A DNA stretch of 27,920 nucleotides from Chloroflexota bacterium (GTDB taxonomy: Bacteria; Chloroflexota; Anaerolineae; Aggregatilineales; UBA3940), in the NCBI GenBank assembly GCA_011051745.1, contig DRKO01000280.1:1-27920 (forward strand), in the 5' to 3' direction. Below the pieces are notes generated by a model. It was given only the letters and a program-made list of their open reading frames with translations. It did not search any database and had not been told where the DNA came from. The position numbers were made by a program, and so were the translations under genes. Below, one piece after another: positions 14,062-23,396 of this stretch; the stretch's first letter is position 1; each line of letters starts with the position of its first letter.

Positions 14062-15576
14062 TTATGCTCCCACCGTCTCCGCGATGGCCCGGAACTCCCC
14101 GGCCAGCGCGGGGTACAGAGCGCGATAGCGCGGGTAGACCTTCTCGTAGAGGGCGGCGGTCTCCGCCGATGGCGTCGTCTGGCCGGTGATCTGGATGGTC
14201 GCCTCGCAGGCGGCGGGCACATCCTCGAAGAGGCCCGCGCCAACGCCCGCCAGCAGCGCGGCTCCGAAGGCCGCGCCCTCGGTCGTGTTGACCGTCACCA
14301 GTTCGACGTTGAGCACATCGGCCATGATCTGCCGCCAGAGCGGGCTTTTCGCGCCACCGCCGGAGATGCGCACCTGCTCAATTGCCCCCAGCCCGGCCTC
14401 CCGGATCAGCGTGAAGCTATCCCGGATGCCGAAGGCAACCCCTTCCAGCACGGCGCGAGTCATGTGGGCACGGCGATGGCGCACCGTCAGCCCGACCCAT
14501 GCGCCACGCGCCAGCGGGTCGGGGTAGGGGGTACGCTCGCCGGTCAGGTAGGGCAGGAAGAGCAACCCCTCGCTGCCGGGCGGAACGTCCTCCGCCTCGG
14601 CGGTCAGGTCGTCAAAGGCAACCTCCGGCGCGAGCGTGTCGCGATACCATTGCAGGCTCCCCGCCGCGCTGAGCATCACACCCATGAAGTGCCAGCGATC
14701 CGGCACGGCGTGGCAGAAGGCATGCAACCGTCCTTCCGGCTCGACGAGGGGGGCTTCTGTGGTGGCGAACACCACGCCCGATGTGCCCAGCGTCAGCGCG
14801 ATGATGCCCGGCTGCACCGCGCCCACGCCGACGGCCTGCGCCGCCTGATCGCCGCCACCCCCGACAACGGGGGTCCCTTCCCGGAGGCCGGTTGCTGCGG
14901 CGGCCTCCGCGCTGACATGGCCGGTGATCTCCGGCCCCTCGAAGGTGGGCGGCAACCACTCAGCGGGGATGTCCAGCGCCTTCAGTACCTCCTCCGACCA
15001 GGTGCGTTTCGCCAGGTCAAAGAGCAACGTTCCCGCGCCGCCCGCGCGGTCCATGGCATACTCGCCCGTCAGCCGGTAGCGGATGTAATCTTTCGGCAAC
15101 AGGATGTGACGCGCCTTCGCGTATATCTCCGGCTCGTTCTGCTGCACCCACAGAATCTTGGGCGCGGTGAAGCCGGTCAGCGCGTCGTTGCCGGTGATCT
15201 GGATCAGGCGGTCTTTGCCCAGCCGACGGCGGATTTCGTCGCACTGGGGGCCGGTGCGCTGATCGTTCCACAGAATGGCAGGCCGCAGCACCTCGCCGTG
15301 CTCGTCGAGCAGCACCAGCCCGTGCATCTGGCCCGTCAGCCCGATGGCGGCCACCGCCGAGCCATCCACCCCCGCCTCGTCCAGTGCCCGGCGGATGCTC
15401 TGGCTGATCCCATCCCACCAGTCGCGGGGGTCCTGTTCCGACCAGAGGGGGCGCGGCGTGGAGAGGGTGAGGGGGGTGGTCGCGCTGCTGACCACCCGCC
15501 CCTGCCCATCAATCAGCAGCGCCTTGGCCCCGGTCGTTGAAACATCAATCCCAAGCAGCAGCATCTGGTCTGTCAT
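14062..15576 (-). CDS. xylB: Xylulokinase (FGGY family), 504 aa
   Basis: Motifs GIDVSTTG, GLTGQMHG, AILWNDQRT, GFTAPK, GGGDQAA, LGTSG, PYLTGERTP and GGGAKS. Adjacent to xylA. Confidence 0.9.
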   Translation of the reverse strand: MTDQMLLLGIDVSTTGAKALLIDGQGRVVSSATTPLTLSTPRPLWSEQDPRDWWDGISQSIRRALDEAGVDGSAVAAIGLTGQMHGLVLLDEHGEVLRPAILWNDQRTGPQCDEIRRRLGKDRLIQITGNDALTGFTAPKILWVQQNEPEIYAKARHILLPKDYIRYRLTGEYAMDRAGGAGTLLFDLAKRTWSEEVLKALDIPAEWLPPTFEGPEITGHVSAEAAAATGLREGTPVVGGGGDQAAQAVGVGAVQPGIIALTLGTSGVVFATTEAPLVEPEGRLHAFCHAVPDRWHFMGVMLSAAGSLQWYRDTLAPEVAFDDLTAEAEDVPPGSEGLLFLPYLTGERTPYPDPLARGAWVGLTVRHRRAHMTRAVLEGVAFGIRDSFTLIREAGLGAIEQVRISGGGAKSPLWRQIMADVLNVELVTVNTTEGAAFGAALLAGVGAGLFEDVPAACEATIQITGQTTPSAETAALYEKVYPRYRALYPALAGEFRAIAETVGA

Positions 15577-15679
15577 AGGCCCGTGTCCTTACTCAAGAGT
15601 CCCTCCCCCGGCCTCGCCGGTCTCGGCTCAGATATGGTCCTGCCGTTCGGGTGGCAGGCTGAGGGCGGCAGAAGGGCTT

Positions 15680-16849
15680 TCAGCGCACCCCCAGCAGCAG
15701 CTCAACCGTTAGCTGATCCAGCCGCTCGTAGGCCAGCCCGCGCTGACCGAGCGCCACACGGTCGAACGTCTCCGCCCTGAGCGCGGCGGCTTTATCGGCA
15801 CTGTAGGCCCCCTGATAGGCCGCCATCGAGCCGTCGTCGGCCCGGATTTCCTCCAGCAGGGCCTGAATCTCCGGGTCTTCGTTCCACTGCCGGGCCTTCT
15901 CTTTGAGGATCAGGTAGGTGCGCATGCAGCCCCGCGCAAAGTCCTTCACGCCCTCGTAGTCCTCGGTGCGGTAGGCGTGGGCGTCGAAGTGGCGGCTACC
16001 CTCGTACCCGACATCCTCCAGAAACTTGACCAGGAAGAAGGCGCTCTTCAGGTTGACCGCCCCGAAGCGGAAGTCCTGATCGTAGCGGCCAAAGGCCTGA
16101 TCGTTGAGGTCAATGTGGAACAGCTTGCCCGCCTCCCACGCCTGAGCGACGGCGTGGACGAAGTTCAACCCGGCCATGTGCTCGTGCGCCACCTCTGGAT
16201 TGACGCCCACCATCTCTGGATGATCGAGCGTCTCGATGAAGGCCAGCATCGCGCCCGTCGTCGGCAGGAAGATGTCGCCGCGCGGCTCGTTGGGCTTGGC
16301 CTCCAGCGCAAACCGGAGGTCGTATCCCTGATCGATCACGTATTCGGTCAGGAAGTTGATCGCCTCGCGGTAGCGCTTGATCGCCCCGGCGGGGTCTTTG
16401 CTGGCGTCGGTTTCGGTTCCCTCGCGCCCGCCCCAGAAGACGTACACCTTCGCGCCCAGCTCGACGCCCAGATCAATGGCGTTCATCGTCTTTTGCAGGG
16501 CATAGGCTCGCACGCGCGGATCGTTGGAGGTCAGCGCCCCGTCCTTGAAGGCCGGATCGGTGAAGAGGTTGGTGGTCGCCATGGGGACGACCAGCCCGGT
16601 TTCCTCCAGCGCCTGTTTGAACTCCCTGACGATCCGGTCGCGCTCGGCGGGGGTGGCATCAATGGGAACCAGGTCGTTGTCGTGGAAGTTGACGCCGTAC
16701 GCGCCCACTTCCGCCAGCAGGTGAACCAGCTCGACCGGCGAGAGCGGCTGCCGCACCGGCTCGCCGAACGGGTCACGCCCGATGTTCCCGACCGTCCAGA
16801 GGCCAAAGGTGAATTTGTGCTCCGGTCTGGGTTCGTACTGGTCAGTCAT
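15680..16849 (-). CDS. xylA: Xylose isomerase, class I (actinobacterial/Thermus type), 389 aa
   Basis: Motifs [54 protein letters not shown] and FDAH, with all canonical ligands present. ATG at 16849 with AAAGGA upstream. Confidence 0.93.
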   Translation of the reverse strand: MTDQYEPRPEHKFTFGLWTVGNIGRDPFGEPVRQPLSPVELVHLLAEVGAYGVNFHDNDLVPIDATPAERDRIVREFKQALEETGLVVPMATTNLFTDPAFKDGALTSNDPRVRAYALQKTMNAIDLGVELGAKVYVFWGGREGTETDASKDPAGAIKRYREAINFLTEYVIDQGYDLRFALEAKPNEPRGDIFLPTTGAMLAFIETLDHPEMVGVNPEVAHEHMAGLNFVHAVAQAWEAGKLFHIDLNDQAFGRYDQDFRFGAVNLKSAFFLVKFLEDVGYEGSRHFDAHAYRTEDYEGVKDFARGCMRTYLILKEKARQWNEDPEIQALLEEIRADDGSMAAYQGAYSADKAAALRAETFDRVALGQRGLAYERLDQLTVELLLGVR

Positions 16850-16909
16850 ACCAATTCCTTTCCCGTGGAAACAGCATCCGGCATCCCGGTGATACGGCAG
16901 GGGCAACCA

Positions 16910-16960
16910 TAGCCACCGGCGTCGCGTTCCCTCCGGGGAACGCCTGCCGGCAACAGGCTA
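16910..16960. other. Long imperfect stem-loop in the xylA upstream region
   Basis: TAGCC/GGCTA, CCGGC/GCCGG and GCGTTCCC-TCCG-GGGAACGC nested stems. Confidence 0.55.
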
Positions 16961-17216
16961 CTGAACGGGCAGCGACAAGGCCGGAATGGGGGAACCCCCA
17001 CGCCCGATGCTGCCACATCTCAACCTGTGAAGCCGGAAATACCGCAGGCCCCTGCCACCGGCCTAAACTCGGAAGAGCTTATCTTGAAGGAACGGGAGAG
17101 CTCCCGCAGTGTCCTCGCCGCGCTCCATGTGTGCCCCGGCAGGTGAAAACACCGGATTTCAGAAAGACCTCACCACCAGATCGAAGGGGACCTGTTTCAG
17201 GCCCCGGCCCCCTGCC

Positions 17217-17672
17217 TTAAGGCTCCCCCTCGCCGCTGCCAACGGATATGCCGCTCAGGTCCTGCCGGGGGCGTGCTCCCTTCGGGATGATGTGGCTCCA
17301 CATGATGTAGGCGATGGTCGAGATGAGCAGGACGTGGAAGCCGACCCGGTAGAGAATGAACGCCCAGGGCTGGAACATACCGACCACCCCGGAAACAATC
17401 CCCGCGATGATGATCGCCTCGATGATGCGGTAGAGGCGGTGGGAAACGTTGTTGTTGAGCACACTGGCGACCAGCCAGATGACCGTGATGTAGAACAGCA
17501 CGATCGCGACGAAGATCAGGATGAAGGGGATGGCGTTAAGGAGGACGTTCTCCGCGAACTTCTCTTCAGGGATGTTGGCGTGGAGAATCGGCCCGATGAA
17601 GAGACCGGCAACCAGCAGGATCACTCCCGTGATGGGGAGCCCGATGGGGACACGGGGACGTATTTTCGCCAT
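17217..17672 (-). CDS. Hypothetical integral membrane protein, about 4 TM helices, 151 aa
   Basis: Four hydrophobic stretches. ATG at 17672 with GAGGA upstream; alternative TTG start at 17693. Confidence 0.75.
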   Translation of the reverse strand: MAKIRPRVPIGLPITGVILLVAGLFIGPILHANIPEEKFAENVLLNAIPFILIFVAIVLFYITVIWLVASVLNNNVSHRLYRIIEAIIIAGIVSGVVGMFQPWAFILYRVGFHVLLISTIAYIMWSHIIPKGARPRQDLSGISVGSGEGEP

Positions 17673-17761
17673 GATTTTCTGTTCCTCAACCAAAAGTTAC
17701 CCGAGACGTTTACCCGGCGTGCGCCTGGCCGATCCGGGGCTTTCTGAACTGCGGGTGGGAT

Positions 17762-17784
17762 GGGGGAGGGCAACACCCTCCCCC
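17762..17784. other. GC stem-loop after the Gfo/Idh/MocA gene
   Basis: GGGGGAGGG-CAACA-CCCTCCCCC, a perfect 9-bp stem. Confidence 0.55.
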
Positions 17785-17803
17785 TGCCCTTTCTGCCCGC
17801 TGC

Positions 17804-19003
17804 CTAGTATTTGATATCAACCTGCTTCCGCGCTTCCGCCGATTCGAGGATCGCATCGCAGATCACGGCTGCCCGGTAGCCGTCCTCAAAGGTCGCGCCG
17901 TAGGGAGCAACGTCTTTATCGTTCACGATGCAGTCCAGGAAGTGGGTGATCTCATGCACGAAGGTGTGCTCCCACCCGATGATGTGACCGTGCGGCCACC
18001 AGTTCTCCCACCAGGGGTGGTAGCTCTCCGTGATCAGCGCGTCGTGGAAGCCCTGAGTCTCCTTCGGCTCCTCGCCCACCCAGAAGACTTCCAGTTCGTT
18101 CATCCGCTCCAGATTGAAGCGGATGCTGCCCTTCTCGGCGTTGATCTCGAAGCAGTTGTAGTTCTTCCGACCGGCGGCGAAGCGCGTGGACTCCAGCGTG
18201 CCGATGGCGCCGTTCTCGAACTCAATCGCCGCCACGAAGGCATCGTCCACGTCCACCTTGCCAACCCCGCTGCCATCGGGCAGGGGACGCTCCTCAATGA
18301 AGGTGCGGGTCATGGCCGCCACGCTCTTGATGCCACCAACGAGGAAGTGGGCCAGGTCAATGATGTGTGCGCCCAGGTCGCCGAGCGCACCGCTGCCCGC
18401 CACTTTCTTGTCCAGCCGCCATATCTTGGGCGTGCCGTAGTGGGGCATGATCCACTCCTGCAGATACACCGCGCGGAAGTGGTAAATCTGCCCCAGCGCG
18501 CCGCTATCAATCAGGTTCCTGATCTGGCGCACAGCCGGGACGAAGCGGTAGTTGAAGGCCACCATGTGCTTGACGCCCGCCTTCTGCACGGCATCGAGCA
18601 TCTCTTTCGCCTCTGCGGCTGAACGGGCGAGCGGCTTCTCGCACAGGACGTGCTTCCCGGCCTGGGCCGCCAGAATGGACGGCTCGGCGTGGGTGTCGTT
18701 CGGGCCGCCGTTGTCGAAAAGCTGGACCTCCTCGTCCTCAAGCATCTTGTGCCAGTCGGTGTAGTATCTGGCATAGCCGTAGCGGCGGGCTGCCTCGGCG
18801 ACGGCTTCTTCGTTCCGCCCACAGATGGCAACCAGCCTGGGGATGGCCGGGGGCGGGTACATCATGTAGGGAATCTTCTTGAAGGCGTTGGTGTGGGCTT
18901 TCCCCATGAAGGCGTACCCCAGCATCCCGACGCCGATCTCAGGAATTTCTCCGCCGGCCCTGGCTCCGGCCATCGCCGTGAACCCGGTTTCTTTCTCACT
19001 CAT
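17804..19003 (-). CDS. Gfo/Idh/MocA oxidoreductase, levoglucosan-dehydrogenase/glycoside 3-dehydrogenase-like, 399 aa
   Basis: Motifs GYAFMGKAH, CEKPLAR, VAFNYR, YLQEW, AGSGALGDLGAH, VDVDD and TRFAAGRKNY. ATG at 19003 with GGAGG upstream. Confidence 0.88.
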   Translation of the reverse strand: MSEKETGFTAMAGARAGGEIPEIGVGMLGYAFMGKAHTNAFKKIPYMMYPPPAIPRLVAICGRNEEAVAEAARRYGYARYYTDWHKMLEDEEVQLFDNGGPNDTHAEPSILAAQAGKHVLCEKPLARSAAEAKEMLDAVQKAGVKHMVAFNYRFVPAVRQIRNLIDSGALGQIYHFRAVYLQEWIMPHYGTPKIWRLDKKVAGSGALGDLGAHIIDLAHFLVGGIKSVAAMTRTFIEERPLPDGSGVGKVDVDDAFVAAIEFENGAIGTLESTRFAAGRKNYNCFEINAEKGSIRFNLERMNELEVFWVGEEPKETQGFHDALITESYHPWWENWWPHGHIIGWEHTFVHEITHFLDCIVNDKDVAPYGATFEDGYRAAVICDAILESAEARKQVDIKY

Positions 19004-19109
19004 GAGGCCCTCCAAACTCTACACAGACAGTCAGCCACTCAATCGGGGCAGGCGGGGCGGGGAAGACGCCCGCCCCCAGCCTGCTCAGGTAGCGCGGATA
19101 AGCGCCCGC

Positions 19110-20114
19110 TCACTCTTCGGCGGCGAAGGCGGCGTCGAACGCAACCGCCGAGGGGGTGAAGTCCTGCTTCCGGATCATCTGCAGGGCTTCGGGAGCGCCC
19201 CACTCGCGATCCATGCCCGTATCCTCCCACTCGATTGAGAGCGGGCCGTCGTAGCCGACGCGGTTAAGGGCGCGGATCAGCTTGTCCCAGTTCACATCGC
19301 CCCGCCCCGGCGAGACGAAGTCCCACCCGCGACGGTGGTCGCCGAAGTCAAGGTGTGAGGAGAGGATGCTGTTGCGCCCGGTGAGCTGCACCCGCGAGTC
19401 CTTCACGTGGACGTGCCAGATGCGATCTCCGAACTCGTTGATGAACTCAACCGGATCAACAAACTGGTGGATGAAGTGGCTGGGGTCAAAGTTGAAGCCG
19501 AAAGCGGGATGATGGTTGATCGCCTCCAGCGCACGGTGGGCGGTGATGATGTCATAGGCGATCTCGGTCGGGTGCACCTCCAGCCCGAACTTGATGCCGT
19601 TCTCCTGGAACACATCCATGATCGGCGTCCAGCGGGCGGCGAAGTCCTCATAGCCCTTGTTGATGTCATCCTGCGTGGTGGGCGGGAAGAAGTACAGGTT
19701 CTTCCACACGCTGCTGCCGGTGAAGCCGTTGACGACCTTCACGCCGAACTTCCTGGCGGCAATGGCGGTGTTCTTCATCTCCTCGGCGGCACGCTGGCGC
19801 ACGCCTTCCGGATCGCCGTCGCCCCAGATGCGATCGGGCAGGATGCGGCGGTGGCGCTCATCGATCGGGTCATCGCAGACGCACTGCCCGACCAGATGGG
19901 TGCTGATGGCGAAGCACTTGAGATTGTACTTGTTCAGGATGTCCCAGCGGCTCTGGACGTAGCTATCATCTTCCAGGGCTTTATCCACCTCGAAGTGGTC
20001 ACCCCAGCAGGCCAGCTCCAGGCCATCGAATCCCCATTCGCTGGCCTTTTTCGCCAGGTCCTCCAGAGTCAGGTCAGCCCATTGTCCCGTAAACAGAGTA
20101 ACCGGTCGTCCCAT
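19110..20114 (-). CDS. Xylose-isomerase-like TIM barrel (IolE / keto-sugar hydratase-eliminase-like), 334 aa
   Basis: Motifs [34 protein letters not shown] and SIEWED. SD AAAGGAG upstream. Confidence 0.85.
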   Translation of the reverse strand: MGRPVTLFTGQWADLTLEDLAKKASEWGFDGLELACWGDHFEVDKALEDDSYVQSRWDILNKYNLKCFAISTHLVGQCVCDDPIDERHRRILPDRIWGDGDPEGVRQRAAEEMKNTAIAARKFGVKVVNGFTGSSVWKNLYFFPPTTQDDINKGYEDFAARWTPIMDVFQENGIKFGLEVHPTEIAYDIITAHRALEAINHHPAFGFNFDPSHFIHQFVDPVEFINEFGDRIWHVHVKDSRVQLTGRNSILSSHLDFGDHRRGWDFVSPGRGDVNWDKLIRALNRVGYDGPLSIEWEDTGMDREWGAPEALQMIRKQDFTPSAVAFDAAFAAEE

Positions 20115-20149
20115 CTTTCCTGCTCCTTTGCTCGGTGGGTCAAACCATC

Positions 20150-20183
20150 AAAAAAGCTCTGCTTTATGGATATAAAGAGAGCT
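20150..20183 (-). terminator. Intrinsic-terminator-like hairpin with U-tract, overlapping the ketose 3-epimerase stop codon
   Basis: Minus strand AGCTCT-CTTTAT-atcc-ATAAAG-c-AGAGC-TTTTTT. Confidence 0.6.
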
Positions 20184-21030
20184 ACGCTAAAAGTTGCTTC
20201 AGGAACTTCAGCCCATCCTCTGCCAGAGCGTCCTGGCTGGGAGCGAGCGAGCGCCAGATGGCCGCCGCGCGGGCAATGCTCTTGACCTTGGCGGTGAACG
20301 ATTCGATCACGACCGGGCCGTCGTAGTTGATGTCCTTCAACGCCTGAGCGACATCCTCCCAGGGCACATGCCCAGAGCCCGGCGCACCGCGATCGTTCTC
20401 ACAGGCGTGCACATGGCGCAGACGCGGGCCGGCGGCGCGGATCGCATCCCCGATGGATTTTTCTTCGATGTTCATGTGGAACGTGTCCAGCATGATCTGG
20501 CAGGATGGGTGATTGACCCTGTCAATGACCTCAAGGGCCTGCTCCGCCAGATTGATGAAGCTGGTCTCAAAGCGGTTGAGCGGCTCCAGACAGAGCACAA
20601 CGCCGTGCTCGCCGGCATAGTCGGCCAGCCTGCTGAGCTGCTCGACCAGCAGATCGGTGTCGCGTGCCCGCTCCTCCGGTGTGGCCTGCCAGGTGCGGCC
20701 AACCGCCGAGTAGAGCGGCCCGACCAGATTCGTCGCCCCGATCGTCTGCGCGGCCTCGATGCAGCCCCGGACGTAGTTCATGCCGTTTTCCCGGATCGAC
20801 TCGTCAGGGTGGATCAGGTCGCGGTCCGGCCCCATCGCGGCGCAGACGCTCACCCCCAGCCCGTGCTCCCGGATGATCTCCGCGCCGCGTGCGTGATCCA
20901 GATCGTCCAGACTTTCGAGGGGGACTTCGATCCAGTCGAACCCCATTCCGGCCACCTTTGGAGCCAGCTTCTCAAGCTCCGCAGTGGTAAGCGGCGAGGT
21001 CCAAACCCAGGTGTTCACCCCGAATCTCAT
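20182..21030 (-). CDS. D-tagatose/D-psicose/L-ribulose 3-epimerase-family protein, 282 aa
   Basis: Motifs EPLNRFETS, LDTFHMNIEE, HACENDRG and VIESF, i.e. the E/D/H/E metal set of ketose 3-epimerases. Confidence 0.88.
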   Translation of the reverse strand: MRFGVNTWVWTSPLTTAELEKLAPKVAGMGFDWIEVPLESLDDLDHARGAEIIREHGLGVSVCAAMGPDRDLIHPDESIRENGMNYVRGCIEAAQTIGATNLVGPLYSAVGRTWQATPEERARDTDLLVEQLSRLADYAGEHGVVLCLEPLNRFETSFINLAEQALEVIDRVNHPSCQIMLDTFHMNIEEKSIGDAIRAAGPRLRHVHACENDRGAPGSGHVPWEDVAQALKDINYDGPVVIESFTAKVKSIARAAAIWRSLAPSQDALAEDGLKFLKQLLA

Positions 21031-21163
21031 GATGCCACTCTCCCTGTGTGACTAGATTAAAAGAGGAAACCGGAACGCTACTCTCTCCGCCACCGACCCG
21101 GAAGGGCGCCTTCGGGCGACTCCGATCAGGGGCCTGTCCGTGCCCCATTCTGCCGGTGGGCCA

Positions 21164-22222
21164 CTAAGAGATGCGCTTTCCCTCCGTGTCAAAGTAATGC
21201 AGCCGGGTGTGAACGATGTTGAAGCGAATCTGATCCCCGATGACGGCGTCCGACATGCCGGAGACGAGGCTCAGCAACGATTGCCCGCCCGACTGGATGT
21301 GAAGGATGGTCTCTACACCGAGCGGCTCGGTGAGGATGACCTCGCCCACGAACTCGCCTGCCGGGTCGGGCCGGACATCCTCCGGACGAACCCCTATCAG
21401 GAACGTGGCGGGGAGATCGATCTCCTCCGGCACGGGCAGGTGAAGCTCGCTGCTCCTGATGTGCAGGGTGTTGTTCTCTCTGGCGGCTTCAACCAGGTTG
21501 ATGCGCGGCGTGCCGACAAGCTGGGCCACGAAGGTTGTGGCCGGACGGTCGTAGATGTCCTCCGGCGTGCCGATCTGGATGATGCGCCCGTGATTCAGCA
21601 CGGCGATCCGGTCGGCCATCGTGAGCGCCTCGATCTGATCATGGGTCACGAACAGGGTGGTGCTGCCCTGCGTCTTCTGGAGGTGCTGGAGCTCGACGCG
21701 CAGCGCCTCGCGAAGCTTGGCATCGAGGTTGGAGAGTGGCTCGTCCATCAGGAAGATACGCGGCTCGCGCACGATGGCCCGCCCGATGGAAACGCGCTGC
21801 ATCTCGCCGCCCGAAAGGTTGGCCGTCTTACGTTCCAGCAGGTGGGTGATCCTGAGCTTCCCGGCAGCCTCTTCAACGCGCCTGCGAATCTCCGCCTCTG
21901 GCAGGCGACGAAGGGGAGAGCGCAACGGGAACGCCAGATTGTCGTAGACCGTCATCGTCGGGTAGAGCGAGTATTGCTGGAACACAAACGCAATATCGCG
22001 GTCGGCGGGCGTCAGATCATCCACCGGTTCGCCGTCGAAGAGCACCGTTCCCTCATCCTGACGCTCCAGCCCGGCGATCACCCGCAGCGTGGTTGTCTTC
22101 CCCGCGCCGGTGGGCCCCAGCAGGACGAAGAACTCCCCATCCCGGATCGAGAAAGAAACGTCATCCAGGGCGGTCACGCCCGGAAAGTGCTTGGTGATGT
22201 GCTGTAGCTCAACGTCACTCAT
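21164..22222 (-). CDS. Carbohydrate ABC transporter ATP-binding protein (MalK-like), 352 aa
   Basis: Walker A GPTGAGKTT, signature LSGGEMQRV, Walker B FLMDEP, and THDQ. ATGA overlap with the upstream ATPase. Confidence 0.93.
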   Translation of the reverse strand: MSDVELQHITKHFPGVTALDDVSFSIRDGEFFVLLGPTGAGKTTTLRVIAGLERQDEGTVLFDGEPVDDLTPADRDIAFVFQQYSLYPTMTVYDNLAFPLRSPLRRLPEAEIRRRVEEAAGKLRITHLLERKTANLSGGEMQRVSIGRAIVREPRIFLMDEPLSNLDAKLREALRVELQHLQKTQGSTTLFVTHDQIEALTMADRIAVLNHGRIIQIGTPEDIYDRPATTFVAQLVGTPRINLVEAARENNTLHIRSSELHLPVPEEIDLPATFLIGVRPEDVRPDPAGEFVGEVILTEPLGVETILHIQSGGQSLLSLVSGMSDAVIGDQIRFNIVHTRLHYFDTEGKRIS

Positions 22223-23316
22223 TGGCCCACCTCCCGGCTGATTGCCTTTTCCGTCCGGGGATCGAAGAACCGGACCATCTCGGGGTTGATGTCGAAGCGC
22301 ACCGGCGTTCCGATCGGGTGGAGAACCAGCCGGTCGCTGCGGATGTGGATGATGTCGTGCTCGTTCATGTTGACGTGCAGCATGGTATACGCTCCGTGCA
22401 GGTCGGAGGCATACACCTGCCCGGCAAGCGTCCCTTCATCGCTGACGATTGCGGCCTCCGGTCGGAAGCCCACAATGACCTCTCCCTCGCCGCCGAAGGT
22501 CTCATCCAGCACCCTGCGCCAGTCCGGCGGAACGGAGTAATGGTTGTCGGCCCCCGGCATGTGCACCACGCCATCCGCATAGTGACCCCTGACCAGGTTC
22601 ATCCCCGGGCTGCCGATGAAGCGTGCCACGAACAGGTTGGCCGGTTTGTGGTAGACCTCAGCCGGAGTGCCGACCTGTTGAATCTCGGCCTCCGACATCA
22701 CGACGATGCGGTCGGCCATCGCCATCGCCTCGACCTGATCATGGGTGACGTAAACGGTTGTGGCGTTCTGGACGATGTGCAGACGCTTGATCTCAGCCCG
22801 CATCGTCTCGCGGAAGTCGGCGTCCAGCGCGCCGAGCGGCTCATCCATCAGGAAGGCCGCCGGTCGCCGGACGAGGGCGCGGGCCAGCGCGACGCGCTGC
22901 TGATCGCCACCGCTCAGCTTGCCGGGACGCATATCGAGCAGGTGGCCGATCTCCAGCAGCTCGACCACTTCGTCCACCCGTTTCTCGATTGCCTCGTGCG
23001 ATTCGCCCTGCGCCTGGAGGGGGAAGGCGATATTCTGGCGGACGGTCATATGGGGGTAGAGGGCGAAGAACTGGAACACAAAGGCGATGTCGCGCTCGCT
23101 GGGGTGCAACCAGGTGACGTTGCGCCCGTCGAGCAGGATCGTGCCGCCGGTGACGGTCTCCAGCCCTGAGATCATGCGCAGGGTGGTGGTCTTCCCGCAG
23201 CCGGAAGGGCCGAGCAGGACGACAAACTCACCGTCGTGGATCGTCAGATCCATTGGCTTGACGGCCTGGAGATCACCGAATCTCTTCTCAACTTGGCGGA
23301 GTTCGATTGTTGCCAT
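22219..23316 (-). CDS. Carbohydrate ABC transporter ATP-binding protein (MalK-like), 365 aa
   Basis: Motifs GPSGCGKTT, LSGGDQQRV, FLMDEP and THDQ. Confidence 0.93.
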   Translation of the reverse strand: MATIELRQVEKRFGDLQAVKPMDLTIHDGEFVVLLGPSGCGKTTTLRMISGLETVTGGTILLDGRNVTWLHPSERDIAFVFQFFALYPHMTVRQNIAFPLQAQGESHEAIEKRVDEVVELLEIGHLLDMRPGKLSGGDQQRVALARALVRRPAAFLMDEPLGALDADFRETMRAEIKRLHIVQNATTVYVTHDQVEAMAMADRIVVMSEAEIQQVGTPAEVYHKPANLFVARFIGSPGMNLVRGHYADGVVHMPGADNHYSVPPDWRRVLDETFGGEGEVIVGFRPEAAIVSDEGTLAGQVYASDLHGAYTMLHVNMNEHDIIHIRSDRLVLHPIGTPVRFDINPEMVRFFDPRTEKAISREVGQ

Positions 23317-23396
23317 CTTTCAGTCCGATACTGGTTGAAAACTAGGGATTGACGACCTGAGCCGCCGGGCCTGGCGGGGACTGCTCTCCGGTTCTC

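Noticed and set aside
9791-16849. Recent duplication of xylA
   Set aside because: DNA similarity is limited to short conserved motifs and the proteins differ throughout, so they are old paralogues.
15565-16849. XylA and XylB both begin MTDQ
   Set aside because: It is a four-residue match with a different Thr codon and no shared upstream sequence, so probably coincidence.
17063-17128. 21-codon minus-strand ORF (MERGEDTAGALPFLQDKLFRV) upstream of xylA
   Set aside because: It has no SD and no informative composition, and its length is expected by chance.
17804-19003. Naming this gene levoglucosan dehydrogenase (lgdA) or iolG
   Set aside because: The motifs place it near that clade, but Gfo/Idh/MocA specificity cannot be read from motifs alone.
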